64,000 nt of DNA from Eledone cirrhosa (GCA_964016885.1 OZ024752.1:49662001-49726000); one strand, 5' to 3'. Positions 27,279-41,938 are shown, counted from the first letter of the stretch. The notes: generated from the sequence alone by a model not told the origin. A program made the numbers and translations.

Positions 27279-27383
<105 letters not shown>

Positions 27384-27439
27384 TATAAATATATGTACAT
27401 ATATATAAATATATGTACATATATATATGTACACACACT

Positions 27440-27480
<41 letters not shown>

Positions 27481-27527
27481 GTATATATATACATATATAT
27501 ATATGTTTATACATACATACATATATA

Positions 27528-27582
<55 letters not shown>

Positions 27583-27621
27583 TCATCTTCATTATCATCA
27601 GCATCATTATCTCTGCCGTTA

Positions 27622-27658
<37 letters not shown>

Positions 27659-27682
27659 CATTATCGTCATTATTGTTGCTGC

Positions 27683-27713
<31 letters not shown>

Positions 27714-28095
27714 GAAGTCTCTATTTTATTTATGTGGTGGCAGCTTCTAGTAAAAGAATTCACTCATGGATGAATTAACTTCCCTACATTGCACTTAGCT
27801 TATAAGCAATTACTCACAATTAGAGCGATCGCCTCCCTTTTTTTTAAACATTTTATTTAAACAGTATTTATATTTGTTTTATCTTCCATGTCTTACATAT
27901 TTGTTTTGTGTTGTATTTTTACCATTTATGCGTTGTGTGTTTTTTTTTTTTGTTTTCTTCTTGTATTTATTTTGCTTTATTTTGTCACTTTTATTTAATT
28001 GTTTGTTTTTGTCCCTTTTCCTTGTTTTTTTTTTTGTTTGAATTTTGATTTTTTTTTTTTTTTAAACAAAACTTACACTTAAGTAACCAGAACAC

Positions 28096-28149
<54 letters not shown>

Positions 28150-28207
28150 TTTTTATATATACACTTTAAATATATATATATATAAAGACCTCCCCCGACC
28201 CCCAAAA

Positions 28208-28280
<73 letters not shown>

Positions 28281-28293
28281 ATGATGATGATGA

Positions 28294-28340
<47 letters not shown>

Positions 28341-28359
28341 TTTTGGGGGGTGGGGGGAG

Positions 28360-28517
28360 GTCTTTATAGGGGTTTTTCTTTATAGGGTCTTTTTGCTTTA
28401 TAGGGTTTTTTCTTTATAGGGTCTTTTTTCTTTATAGGGGTTTTTCTTTATAGGGTCTTTTTTCTTTATAGGGGTTTTTCTTTATAGGGTCTTTTTTCTT
28501 TATAGGGGGTTTTTATA
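28360..28517. repeat. ~18-19-bp tandem repeat
   Basis: Unit tttctttatagggtctttt and variants. Confidence 0.85.
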
Positions 28518-29387
28518 GACAAATTTAAAGGGAAAAAAAACAAAACACAGTAAGCAATCAACTTTTAATAAAAGAGCTGAAATGTGTTGATGGAGGAGGT
28601 GGTGGTGGTGGTGGTGGTGGTGGTGGCAGTAGTAGTGGTGGTAGTGATGGTGGTGGTGGTGGCGGCGGTGGTGGTGGTGCTGCTGCTGCTAATAGTTATG
28701 GTAGAAGCAAGAGGTTATGTTTGGAGTCACAATGTCTGATCGATGTTGTGATAGCAGTGGTTCGGGTGTTAGTGGTTGTTGTGGTAGAAATGATCTGGGT
28801 AGAGGTGGTATCTCAGGGTGGTTGTGGTGCTAGTGTTGCTGTGGGTTGGTACTGGCTGTGCTGGTTGTGCTGGTTCTGGTGTTAGTGGTTGTGGTAGAAG
28901 TGATCTCAGTGGAGGTAATGCTTGTGGTGCTAGTGTTTCTGAGGGCTGGTGTTGGTTGTGGTAGTGGTGGTTGTGGTGCTAGTGTCTCTGATGGCTGATG
29001 ATGGTAGTAGTAGTAGTGGTGGTGGTGGTGGTGTTGTTGCTGTGGGCTGGTGCTGGCTATGCTGGTTTTGGTGTTAATGGTTGCGGTAGAAGTGATCTCA
29101 GTGGAAGTAGTTGTTGTGGTGGTGGTGGTGGTGGTGTTGTTGTTGTTGTTGTTGTTGTTGGTGGTGGTGTTAGTGGTGGTGGTGGTGGTGGTGGTGGTGG
29201 TGTTAGTGGCTGCGGTAGAAATGATCTCAGTGGAGGTAGTGTTTCGTGGTGGTTAAGGTGCTAGTATTGCTGAGGGCTGATGTTGACTATGATAGCGGTG
29301 TTGTTGATGATGTTGGTAGGGGTGGTGACTGGTGTCATTTCTGGTAAAGATGAGGGTGCCCCATAGCAGGAATTTAGGAAGTGATAT

Positions 29388-30372
29388 TAGTGGTGGTTAG
29401 TATAGTTTGTAGTTGTAGTGGTGGTTAGTATAGTTTGTAGTTGTAGTGGTGGTTAGTATAGTTTGTAGTTGTAGTGGTGGTTAGTATAGTTAGTAGTTGC
29501 AGTGGTGGTTAGTATAGTTAGTAGTTGTAGTGGTGGTTAGTATAGTTTGTAGTTGTAGTGGTGGTTAGTATAGTTAGTAGTTGTAGTGGTGGTTAGTATA
29601 GTTAGTAGTTGTAGTGGTGGTTAGTATAGTTTGTAGTTGTAGTGGTGGTTAGTATAGTTTGTAGTTGTAGTGGTGGTTAGTATAGTTTGTAGTTGTAGTG
29701 GTGGTTAGTATAGTTTGTAGTTGTTGTGGTGGTTAGTATAGTTTGTAGTTGTAGTGGTGGTTAGTATAGTTTGTAGTTGTAGTGGTGGTTAGTATAGTTT
29801 GTAGTTGTAGTGGTGGTTAGTATAGTTTGTAGTTGTTGTGGTGGTTAGTATAGTTTGTAGTTGTTGTGGTGGTTAGTATAGTTTGTAGTTGTTGTGGTGG
29901 TTAGTATAGTTTGTAGTTGTAGTGGTGGTTAGTATAGTTTGTAGTTGTAGTGGTGGTTAGTATAGTTTGTAGTTGTTGTGGTGGTTAGTATAGTTTGTAG
30001 TTGTAGTGGTGGTTAGTATAGTTTGTAGTTGTTGTGGTGGTTAGTATAGTTTGTAGTTGTAGTGGTGGTTAGTATAGTTTGTAGTTGTAGTGGTGGTTAG
30101 TATAGTTTGTAGTTGTAGTGGTGGTTAGTATAGTTTGTAGTTGTTGTGGTGGTTAGTATAGTTTGTAGTTGTAGTGGTGGTTAGTATAGTTTGTAGTTGT
30201 AGTGGTGGTTAGTATAGTTTGTAGTTGTAGTGGTGGTTAGTATAGTTTGTAGTTGTTGTGGTGGTTAGTATAGTTAGTAGTTGTAGTGGTGATTAGTATA
30301 GTTTGTAGTTGTAGTGGTGGTTAGTATAGTTTGTAGTTGTAGTGGTGGTTAGTATAGTTTGTAGTTGTAGTA
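29388..30372. repeat. 28-bp minisatellite, about 35 copies
   Basis: Unit tatagtttgtagttgtagtggtggttag. Confidence 0.97.
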
Positions 30373-31123
30373 TTGTTGGTAGTAGATTCACTTGATGGTT
30401 GAGGGTATCACTATTGATGGTTATAGTAAATTTAGTTGATGGTGGTGGCCATGGCAAGAGTGTCTGTTGACAGGAAGGGCTGATGACAGTGATGATCTAA
30501 TATGGGAAGTTAATGGTTATAATGGTGTTATCTGAGGTATTCTTAAATTTCCCACCATATGGCACCCTCATCTTACCAAACATGACACTAGCTATGACCC
30601 CCTACCAACAGCAGCCATCAGCAATATTAGAACCACAGGTGTGAATGTGCAAAATTTCCTGCTGAGAGCACCCTATCCTTTTAAGGATATTTAAGACTAC
30701 ATTATCCAACGCGTCTTTCTATCTTTTACAAAAGGTAGGGCCTGATTTGAGGGAGATTCCATTATCATCATCATCATCATCATCATCATCACCATTTTAC
30801 GTCCATTCTTCCACGCTAGCATGGGTTAGATGGGTTGTCCTGTTATGGACAATACCAGGTTGGGTGAAGCATGTCTTGCTCATACAGAACTGATTCTGGC
30901 TTGATTTCTACAGCTGGATGCCCTTCCTAACACCAACCTCATTTACAGTGAGTACTGGCTGCTTTCTATCGTGATACCTACATGACCACTTCACAGTGTG
31001 GACTGGGTGCTTTTTTACCGTGGTGCTATTATTTCTTGCATATTGAGCAACCACAAAGTCAGAATAAACAGACCTTTGATACAAGGTGTCCCGGCCAAGA
31101 GAACCTTGTTTTTCCTTCTTTAA

Positions 31124-31689
31124 CCCTTTAGTATTTACATTACTCTATATCATTGGTTCCCAACCAGGGGGCCATGGCCCACCAGGGGGCCATAGCAAGT
31201 TATTGGGGGAGCCACGGGAATTAACTAAAAATCACAAAATTTTATACATAAAAAAGAAGAGTAGTTTCCTAACATAATTTTTTTTTTTTCTTGCTTCAAA
31301 TTTTTATATTCAACTTTTTATCAACTTTCTACCTTTTCTAATTATGATTTTACTTCACAAATAAAAAGACATGCCAAAATTATTTCTACATAAAAAAATG
31401 ATATCAAAAATTTTAATTTTTTTGGGGGCCATACTGTTTTGTTATATCATTAAGGTGGAATTTATTATAAAAGGTTGGGAACCGCTGCTCTATATATACT
31501 ATTGTATTTTCACCATAAATGCTTTATTTCACATAATTATCTCAGATAATATCAAATCTATGAGATCTTGATATTAGTTATTTTGAGAACAATACCTTAA
31601 CATAGATATGAGTAGCTGGTTACAGCCAGTTTGAACAGAAAGAGGTGAGAGAATTCTGGCCAGATATGGCCGGTTTAAATGCTAAAGGG
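31124..31689. mobile_element. piggyBac-like MITE with a nested hAT MITE
   Basis: TTAA|CCCTTTAGTATTTA ... TAAATGCTAAAGGG|TTAA, i.e. TIRs plus TTAA target site. Uninterrupted paralogue at 50913-51128. Confidence 0.8.
31151..31487. mobile_element. hAT (Charlie-like) non-autonomous DNA transposon
   Basis: TIRs cattggttcccaacc / ggttgggaaccgctg. 8-bp TSD ctctatat at 31143-31150 and 31488-31495. Confidence 0.9.
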
Positions 31690-31853
31690 TTAATAATATA
31701 ATAGAGCATGATTTAAGAGAGATTTTGCTGTTAGTTTTTGTATGTCAAGCAACTACAAAAGGGGGCGCTCTGTTCTTGTCTCTGCTCTTGTCGATTTGAT
31801 AATTGTAGCTGAATGGTAAAGGGATGAAGTGAGAGGGTGATGGAGATGTTAGC

Positions 31854-31932
<79 letters not shown>

Positions 31933-32781
31933 GGGGGGGGGGGGGGGGGGGGTGCTTGTTTGCTGTGATGGTGGGACAAGCTAGAGGATTAGGTGATGAG
32001 CGAAGATAGCTGGATAGGGTGGAGGAGGTCAGTGAGTTGGTATGTGAGGAGGTTATTGATAATATGTGTTATTTAAAGGGTGTTGGAGCTGGGGTTGGAG
32101 CTGGGGTTGGTGTTGGTGTTGGTGGTGGGGTTGGTGCTGGTGTTGGAGCTGTGGTTGGTGTTGGTGTTGGAGTTGTGGTTGGTGTTGGAGCTGGGGTTGG
32201 AGTTGGTGTTGGTGTTGGTGTTGGAGCTGGGGTTGGTGTTGGTGTTGGAGCTGGGGTTGGTGTTGGTATTAGTGTGATGGGTATCAGTGGGTGAGCTAGA
32301 GGTTTTGCTGGGTGGGGTGAAATGATTTAATTAAGAAAGTATTACTGATTTCAAGAATGTTGTGAGAGAAGAGAAAATATAATGAAACAAATTGAGTTAA
32401 AATAATAGAAAAAAACCTCCGAAAGCAAAAAAAAAAAAGAACAGAAGCAAAAAGCAAAGTGATTAAACAAACGTGATATGTAAATAAATAAATATATATA
32501 TCTGTGTGTGTGTGTGTGTGTGTGTGTACATCTGTGTGTGTTTATTATAAATAAATAAAAATACATTACTTCTATGTTTACATATATACATACAGTCCAT
32601 ATGCACACACTCACACAAACACATACACACATACATATATATATATATATATAAGTATATAAACATATATCATCATCATCATCATCATCACCGTTTTACG
32701 TCTGTTCTTCCACGCTAGCATGGGTTATATATATATATGTATGTGTTTATATATATATATATTTAAATATATATAAACATA

Positions 32782-32849
<68 letters not shown>

Positions 32850-32919
32850 GTGCATATTTATGTATATATTTTAACAAACATACAATCATACATACATCTA
32901 TGTGTATATATTAAATATA

Positions 32920-32990
<71 letters not shown>

Positions 32991-33336
32991 AATAAATATA
33001 TAGATACAAATAAATATATATACATATATACAAATATACAAATGTAATTGAATACAGACATTTGACACTTTGTTTCAAAATGAAAAACAAAACATCATTT
33101 TATTTTGCAATTCAAATAAAATTACAACAGAATGACTAATTTTGGAAAGCCATTTCTGTGACAGCTGCTTACATATACATATTTGATAAATGAATCAGTC
33201 TCGGATAATATAGACAGGGAATTTTTAAAGAAAGCTCAACTTGCAGACAGAAGAATATTGACACATTAAATGTTTAAATGTTATTGCAATAAATATATAA
33301 TAAATAAAATATATATATATATAAAAAAATGAAATG

Positions 33337-33372
<36 letters not shown>

Positions 33373-33436
33373 ATGTGTGTGTATGTGTGTGTGTATATAT
33401 ATATGTATATATATATATGTATATATATATATGTAT

Positions 33437-33528
<92 letters not shown>

Positions 33529-33529
33529 G

Positions 33530-33560
<31 letters not shown>

Positions 33561-33571
33561 GTATATATATG

Positions 33572-33627
<56 letters not shown>

Positions 33628-33650
33628 TGTAAATAATAATAATAATAATA

Positions 33651-33843
33651 ATAATTGTTTGTACTTTAGGCACAAGACCAGCAATTATCCCAGTGTATTA
33701 CTGGTACTTTATTTTATCGACCCCGTAAGGATGAAAGGCAAAGTTCACCTCGGCGGGATTTGAACTCAGATCATAAAGGGAGGTAACTCTATGCTTCAAA
33801 GCATGGCGCCCGACCCTCTACCGATACTGCCAATCCACTGCCC
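33651..33843 (-). mobile_element. Full-length Nin-domain tRNA-derived SINE
   Basis: A box tggcagtatcgg, B box gagttcaaatcc, Nin-like core, (att)n tail. Confidence 0.9.
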
Positions 33844-33887
<44 letters not shown>

Positions 33888-34287
33888 GTCTATTTTATTG
33901 GCCACAAGGGTACACAATGTTGGAGGCCATTGCAGGGATGAGACACAACACAAAATGATATTTTCATCAAGTGAAGAGAAAGGAGGAAAGAAAAACAGTA
34001 GATGTAATAATAATAATAATAATAAAAAAAATATTGATAATGGTGATGAGGATGATAATGGTGGTGGGGGGGCGGGGTGATAAAGATGATACTGATGAGA
34101 ACAAGGATAACAGTATTTTCTTTATGTTATGGTGGCCTGGACGTGAAAGAAAAAAAAATTAATATTAATAATGATATTAAATAGATAAGTCATTGGACAT
34201 TAAAAATTTAAACAAAAGGAAATAACAGACATGAGGTGTGACCAAATTATAAACATATGCCTGCAAGATACGTATGCAATATATGTA

Positions 34288-34428
<141 letters not shown>

Positions 34429-34609
34429 ATATGTATATATGTGTGTGTATATATCAAGTATAAACCAGAGGTGTGATTTTAATTCCCTGGTGATAATTCA
34501 CTCACTTCTCTCAATCATATTTTATGTGTATAAATGTATTATTTAAGTTTAAATTTATCATAAAAAATATTAACTATTTATATTATATATATATACATAT
34601 ATATATATA

Positions 34610-34684
<75 letters not shown>

Positions 34685-34746
34685 AAAAGGTAAACAGAAA
34701 TAACAAGGAATATATTAGGTTAACGCTTGATATAGCAGGAAGGGGG

Positions 34747-34782
34747 TCTTAAAGTTTCGGGTGCTAGTCCTTCATCAGAAGA
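34747..34782 (-). ncRNA. Minimal or degenerate hammerhead motif, family E
   Basis: ucuu CUGAUGA aggacuagcaccc GAAA cu UU aaga. Stem I 4 bp, weak stem II. The flanking module recurs at 39760-39833 and 40228-40275. Confidence 0.45.
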
Positions 34783-34899
34783 AAGAATGAAAAATAAGAT
34801 AGATTGAAGGGATGAGCGAGGTGGAATTGGAATAGATGTTTTTAGAGAAAAATAACAAGTCCATTCATGTTGACCTCTCTTGGATATATATATATATAG

Positions 34900-35420
34900 A
34901 CTGAGAATAGCTGCAAACAGTCATATGACAAAAGTAAATCAAAGAATCGAGGTAGCAGCTGTATTAGGCACAAAGAAATGTGGGTAGCCTCCTCAACTCC
35001 TCAAAATATTTTGTATAAGAACATTGAAACCAAAAGAGAAAAATCAACATTCAAATAAATATAAAGATAGAAAATACTAGAAATTACTTGTTAATTCTTT
35101 AGGAAATTCACAAATTACAGAAATAAGACAAAAAGAAGAGATAAATACTATAGAAATATGGAATACTATGAGAGAAACGAAGTACCTGAATTCAAAGAAT
35201 ATGTAAGATTAGAGATCCTCACGAAAAAGCAAAACGAATCCATTGTTAGAATAAATGAAGAATAAATCTTTAAATAAAATAAACTGTTTGTCTTTAACCA
35301 TAAGAGATTTTAACAAAAAAAAAAAGACAAACAAATATTTTAGTGCCAAAAGTGAGAGAAATATATTTGTGGAGTGAAGCATTGAAAATGGAAGAATTGC
35401 CTCAGGCAAAAATGCTATAA
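34900..35420 (+). pseudogene. Possible highly decayed R4/Dong-like non-LTR fragment
   Basis: Stop-ridden frame LEILTKKQ...NKLFVFNHKRF...PKVREIYLWSE resembles the pre-RT region of RLE-type elements. By-eye similarity only. Confidence 0.3.
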
Positions 35421-35584
35421 ACAAAATAGAATAGCAACAGAATAATTCTGGGAAGAAATAGCAGCCAAAGAAGTAGGTTCAAATACAACTAGAGATAAAT
35501 AATTTAAATATACAAATATTTAAATCTGACAAAACTCCAGAGTTCTGTTTAAAAAAAACAAAAAAAAAAAAAAACAACAACAAT

Positions 35585-36660
35585 AAAAAACTATCGAGAT
35601 CTCTGGTTTAAATACCTACATATTTCTTATTAAAATATTTACAGAATTAAACATCTAGATATATTTGGTAAAATATCTACAGATTTCTTGTTAAAACATC
35701 TAGATATTTTTGATAAAATATTTACAGAATTCTAGTTAAAATATCTACAGAGTTCTTGTTAAAACATCTAGATATTTTTAATAAAATATTCACAGATTTT
35801 ATCATCATCATCATTTTATGTCTGCTTTTCCCTGCTTGCAAGGATGGGACAAGTCCTCTTCAGCATAGTATCTCTCAACTTGTCATGGTCCTTCCTCATC
35901 TCCTCCATGAGCTTCAGTGAGCTGAGGTCAGCTCTCACCACCTCCGCCCATGATTTTCATGGTCTTCCTCTACTGCATCTTCCTTCTACTGGGATTTCTT
36001 GGCATTTCTTTACCCAGCGGTCATCCTCCATATGCATCACATGTCCATACCAACGCAGTCTTCTCTCCTGCACACTACAGTTTATCCTTCTTATACATAG
36101 TTTCTCTCTCAACTCGTCTTTCTGGCAACATATCTACAGATTTCTGATTAAAACATCTACAGATTTCTAGTTAAAATATCTACAGAGTTCTTGTTATAAT
36201 ATTTACATATTTCTGGCAAAATATTTACAGATTTCTGGCAAAATATCTACAGATTTCTTGTTAAAACATCTAGATATTTCTGGTTAAAACATCTAGATAT
36301 TTTGCCAGAAATATCTACAGATTTCTGGTTAAAACATCTAGATATTTTGCCAGAAATATCTACAGATTTCTGGTTAAAACATCTAGATATTTCTGGCAAA
36401 ATATCTACAGATTTCTAGTTAAAATATCTACAGAGTTCTTGTTACAATATTTACATATTTTGCCAGAAATATCTACAGATTTCTAGTTAAAACATCTAGA
36501 TATTTCTGGCAAAATATCTACAGATTTCTGGTAAATTATCTACAGATTTCTGGTTAAAATATCTAGATATTTCTGGCAAAATATCTACAGATTTCTGGTA
36601 AATTATCTACAGATTTCTGGTTAAAATATCTAGATATTTCTGGCAAAATATCTACAAATT
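35585..36660. repeat. ~22-bp degenerate tandem array interrupted by a LINE
   Basis: Alternating aaaatatctacagatttctggtt and aaaacatctagatatttctggc units on both sides of 35800-36120. Confidence 0.9.
35800..36120 (-). pseudogene. RTE LINE 3' fragment
   Basis: Minus frame [59 protein letters not shown], followed by the tail. Confidence 0.9.
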
Positions 36661-37328
36661 ACAAAACATCCAAATTACACACAAGGATATTCAATTATTT
36701 ACTCTAAAGGATTAAAAAAAAATGATGATGATGATGATGATGATGATGATAATGATATTGACCAATTTGTGAAGCTGTAGTGTTTGTGGATAGCACCGAT
36801 GCACTGTTGCATATTATTGTTTGTTAACCCTGTCAGTTTGTGGTTGCTGCTGTTGTTGTTATTGTTGTTGTCCTGTTCGTTATTGTTTTAGATGTTTATT
36901 TTGTTGTTTTTCTGAGTTTTTTTTTCTTTTTTGCTTTTGCTCTGGTCTTGTATTGTTTTGTTTGCAAACAATAATAACAATAACAACAACAACAAAAATA
37001 ACAACAGAAAGAAATTTTTTAAATGTTTACTTTTAATATTAAAAATCCATGAGAAAATTTCAAGGATTGTTTTTTTTTTAATTCTTTTTTTATATTCAAT
37101 GTATATATATATATATATTTTGTTTCTTTTTCTTGCAACAAAGACACATGTTAATTTATTATTTGGATAGTTATCTCCCCTGTGTTCCATATAATTAATA
37201 TACACGATTTTATTTCATAAATATTTATTTCGGGCCTGTTATTGCTGTTGATATTGTCATTGTTGTTCAGCTCTTAATATTCTTATTGTTGTTATATTTT
37301 TTAATATATATATATATATATATCTGTG

Positions 37329-37399
<71 letters not shown>

Positions 37400-38246
37400 T
37401 TATATTTGTCTTTATTTATTTTTTCCCAGCCTGGTTTATTTTTCACTGATTTGTTTGTTTCCAAATGTTCTTTTTTTTTTTGTCACGAGTTATGTCCCCC
37501 TCTCATCTATCACCCCCCTCTCTCACCTATCACCACCTCTCTCATTATCACCCCCTCTCTCATCTATCACCCCCTCTCATCTATCACCCTCACACCCTCT
37601 CCTCTGACAAATGATAAAGCAATAGGTGATGATTTTATTTGTCTTACTTGGTTTGTTGCAACAGTTTCAACACTATAACCAGCTTATTATCTTTAAATGA
37701 ACCTTATTTAGCTGTGATCCACCATCTGTATCAAAGCATACAGCTTGTTTCAACAAGTGTTGTACATTTTTTTAATGTTTTTTTTTTATAATCTTTTCCT
37801 TTGCTTTGATATTTTTTGTCATCATAAAAATTTACACAGGCTGAGCATCAATGTTAAAATATTTTTGTCATCATAAAAATGTACACAAGCTCAGCATTAA
37901 TGTGACAATACTTTTGTCATCATAAAAGTTTACACAGACTCAGTGTCCATCTGACAATACTGAAACATGGCCCAGACTAATCTGTCAATGGGAGAGTCTC
38001 CTTGTAGGTCACTCCTCCTGCTAGAAACAATAACCAAATCACCATTACCAACCTTAAACCACAGTCTAACTTCCTTCTTGCAAATGTAGATATTGAATAA
38101 CGTAGTCCCAGTTACACTAGACCTGTAAACAGGTGTATTGTAATTATGCAAATAAATATTTGACTTGTATTCGTCATACGGAGACTTTGGCATAAGTTAA
38201 ACTGTGTTTATATATCTATCTATATATCTAGGGCGGGTAAAATTCC

Positions 38247-38390
38247 CGAGATCCATGGACGAGTTCTCTCCAGCGGTCTCTGTCCCTCATTATCGCTGCC
38301 ATGTCCTGCGTCTCCAACAGACCAGTGTGTGTCCTTAGGGCACCAACATATGTTAACTTCGGTCTTCCTCTTCCAGTGTGTCCATGTATA
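38247..38390 (-). pseudogene. RTE-clade LINE C-terminal fragment (third family)
   Basis: Minus frame HGHTGRGRPKLTYVGALRTHTGLLETQDMAAIMRDRDRWRELV. Confidence 0.7.
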
Positions 38391-38479
38391 TATAATCATC
38401 ATCATCATCATCATCTGAGTTTAATGACCATTTTTCCACGCTGGCATGGGTTAGACGAATATAATATATGGATGAATTC

Positions 38480-38615
38480 CTGACGGATGTCAGGAGGTAA
38501 CGTCAGTTAAAAAAAGGTACTCAATATATTGGTAGAGTACAGGTATTTTTATTTTATATAGAAATGACTTCTGCAAGACTAGAATTATTAAATTCATATG
38601 AAATCATCAGAACAT
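38480..38615 (-). mobile_element. Family A module with decayed hammerhead
   Basis: CUGAUGA u-uuca-ua-ugaa-u is retained and GAAA is lost. Downstream tattgagtacc...gttacctcc is shared with the 39870 and 63124 copies. Confidence 0.6.
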
Positions 38616-38714
38616 TCAATATCTGTGTGTGTGTATATAGGTGTGTAAGAAAGAGTGTTGGTGTGTTTGTTGAGTTATTGTGGCTCAGCTAGGGCATTTC
38701 AATGTTTTTTCCTA

Positions 38715-38747
<33 letters not shown>

Positions 38748-38751
<4 letters not shown>

Positions 38752-38936
38752 TTGTTTCTACTTTTGGCACAAGGCCAGCAATTACCCAGTACATTACTGG
38801 TACTTTATTTTATCGACCCCGTAAGGATGAAAGGCAAAGTTAACCTCGGCGGGATTTGAACTCAGAATGGCAAGGGCCGTAACTCTTTGCTGCAAAGCAT
38901 GGTGTCCGACTCTCTACCGATACTGCCAATCCACCA
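38748..38936 (-). mobile_element. Nin-domain SINE
   Basis: Matches 33651-33843. Confidence 0.9.
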
Positions 38937-38947
38937 TATTATATATA

Positions 38948-39288
38948 TCATTTCATTTCATTTCATTTTACGTCCACTTTTCCCTGCTTGCAAGGGTGAG
39001 ACGAGAACTGATTCTGGCTTGATTTCTACAGCTGGATGCCCTTCCTAACACCAACTTCATTTACAGTGAGTGCTGGGTGCTTTTTTGCCGTGGCACCTGC
39101 ACGACCACTTTGCAGTGGAATGATATGGACCCCAGTCCCTATCATCTCATTTCTACAGCTGAGTAAACTGGAGCAATGTGAAATAAAGTGTCTTGCTCAA
39201 GGAAACAACACATCACCCGGTCTGAGAATTGAACTCACAACCTTTCGATTGCAAGGTCAATGCTCTAACCACTAAGCCATGTGCCTCC
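38948..39288 (-). mobile_element. SINE family M, full length
   Basis: Reverse complement of 14339-14682. Confidence 0.9.
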
Positions 39289-39559
39289 ACATATATATAT
39301 AAATAATGCTGCGTTGAGCTCTTGCAAATTTAGATAAGAAGAAATAGAGTAAAAGATAAACAAAAGATATACAAAAGATAAACAAAAGATATACAAAAGA
39401 TATACAAAAGATAAACAAAAGATAAACAAAAGATAAAAGGAAAAACCATGTGATACAAGACAGACATTTGTACAAGGTGTGGTGTGTGAAGGAGAAACAA
39501 TTTGATTACACAATGCACATATCATATATATACATATATATATATATACACACACACAC

Positions 39560-39596
<37 letters not shown>

Positions 39597-39947
39597 TGAA
39601 GAGTAACATGGTCGGCTGTAATATATCAATTCTATATCTATATCTATCTATGTATCTATATATATATATATGTATGTATATATATATGTATATATGTATA
39701 TAAATACATATATGTATATATATGTGTGTGTGTGTGTACAAAAAATTAAACAGAAACAACAAAGCAAACGATACAGTACAATGAAGAAATATATTAGTTT
39801 AACGTTTGAAATAGTAGGAAAAGAATCTTAACTGATATATATATATTTATATATATATATATACGTTATTCTGGGTTGAATCGGAGGTAACCACAGTAAG
39901 TAAGGTACTCAATACATTGCAGAGTATAAAAGTTTTATTATAGATGA

Positions 39948-39996
39948 GATTATACAGGACTAGAACAGTTTCATTCTTTAGAAATCATCAGGAATC
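39948..39996 (-). ncRNA. Hammerhead motif, family A (in module 39866-39998)
   Basis: gauuc CUGAUGA u-uucu-aa-agaa-u GAAA cug-uucuaguc-cug UA uaauc. One stem III mismatch. Confidence 0.55.
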
Positions 39997-40051
<55 letters not shown>

Positions 40052-40131
40052 CTCTACGGTTCTTATATATTTGATATATATTTATCCTTATCGGGCCCTC
40101 TTTGGATTTTAGTCTTCAAATTTATTATTAT

Positions 40132-40206
<75 letters not shown>

Positions 40207-41209
40207 TAAGTATATATATATATGTATGTAAAAGGTAAACAGAAATAACACAATCGGTACAGTATATGGAAGGAATTGATATATATACATATATATCAAT
40301 GTATATATATATATGTATATGCATGCAGATTCCTACATATTTACATATTTCCATCCATATACACACACACATATATTTATATATATATATATATATATAT
40401 AAATGTTTGGCTTAGTAGTGGCGATGGTGTAGGATATTGTAGGGGGGATGGTGGTGAGGTGGTGGGGTGGTAGAATATAGAATCATTGTAGATATTTCGA
40501 GGTTTAGAACATCAATTATCCCTCTGATTTCTTACAGATTGCAACTATGGAATTAAAAATATATCTTTCTCTAACATATGGTAAAAGTACATTTGTTTAT
40601 CTTTCTAGATTTTTCTATTCATTTATATGTTGTCTTTGTTTGTTATTTTTCGGGGGGAGGGTTGTTGTTTTTTTTTTGTCATTTTTCCAGGGATTTTTTT
40701 GTATTTTTCATTTTTTATTTTATTATTTTTTCGTTTCATTTTTGTTATTTTTCTGAGGTGGAGGGCTACCGGTTCTTTTTTTGGTATTTTTTCGTTTTTG
40801 TTTTATTTTTGTTATTTTTCTGGGATTTTTTTTTGTATTTTATTTCGTTTTTTTTTTTGTGTTATTTTCCGGTGTTTTTTTGGAAATTTTTTCGTTTTGT
40901 TTTTGTTATTTTACCGGTTTTTTTTTTTTTGTTATTCTTCCCTTTTTTTGTTGTTTTTTTGTATGTGTCTGTGATATTTTTCATAATATAAAATTATTAA
41001 AAAAAATGCAGAAATATAAAAATAAGATATAGTAGATTGCTAGATGAAATATAATTCTGATAAATGTAAACGGAGGGGGGGGGGGGAATAAAACAGGAAA
41101 AAAATGTCAAAAAAGTAAATTGGAAAATATATATAAAAAAATATTTTGGAATAAAAAATAAAATCTAAAAATATATTTTTTTTTTCATCGAAACTTAATA
41201 CATGGATAA

Positions 41210-41272
<63 letters not shown>

Positions 41273-41376
41273 GACTCTGTGTGTGTTGCTCCATGTATGT
41301 ATGAAGTACTATCTATGTAAATATTCATATAGACATCATAAAAAATATATTATAAAGCCATATACATAATTTTAGT

Positions 41377-41431
<55 letters not shown>

Positions 41432-41902
41432 ATTAAAATAGAAGGGGAATATATGGTATCGATGAAACTGTGGAATTAAGAATATAAAAGAGAACAAATA
41501 GAAAACAATACAACTGATTAGATTACATATATATATATATATAGATATATATGTGCGTGTGTGTGTGTATATATATAAGGTGTAGATATAGATTATATCA
41601 ATATATATATTTATATGCACATATAAATATATATATATATATATATACATACATACATATATGTATATATATAAGCAGAAAAACAATATCACATATGGGG
41701 AATAATTCAGTTTTAGACATAAAAAATGCATCATACTTCACACAAAGATGGTAAGTTTCTAGATATGGCATATGATAAATATGGTTATGGACATCTTGTA
41801 TTGGTGGACAGTTATTTCATATTATTATATGCACACACATATAATATGTATAGACAATATATATATATATATAGTATCGCTAAAAAGCTTTCTCCGATAT
41901 TG

Positions 41903-41938
<36 letters not shown>

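Noticed and set aside
28580-29345. Pro/Thr-rich mucin-like exon on the minus strand
   Set aside because: The frames examined are interrupted by stops, and repeat units shift frame.
40538-41756. Plus-strand micro-exon candidates (after cttacag at 40537; before gtaagt at 41751)
   Set aside because: Isolated splice-like motifs are expected by chance and give no coherent reading frame.
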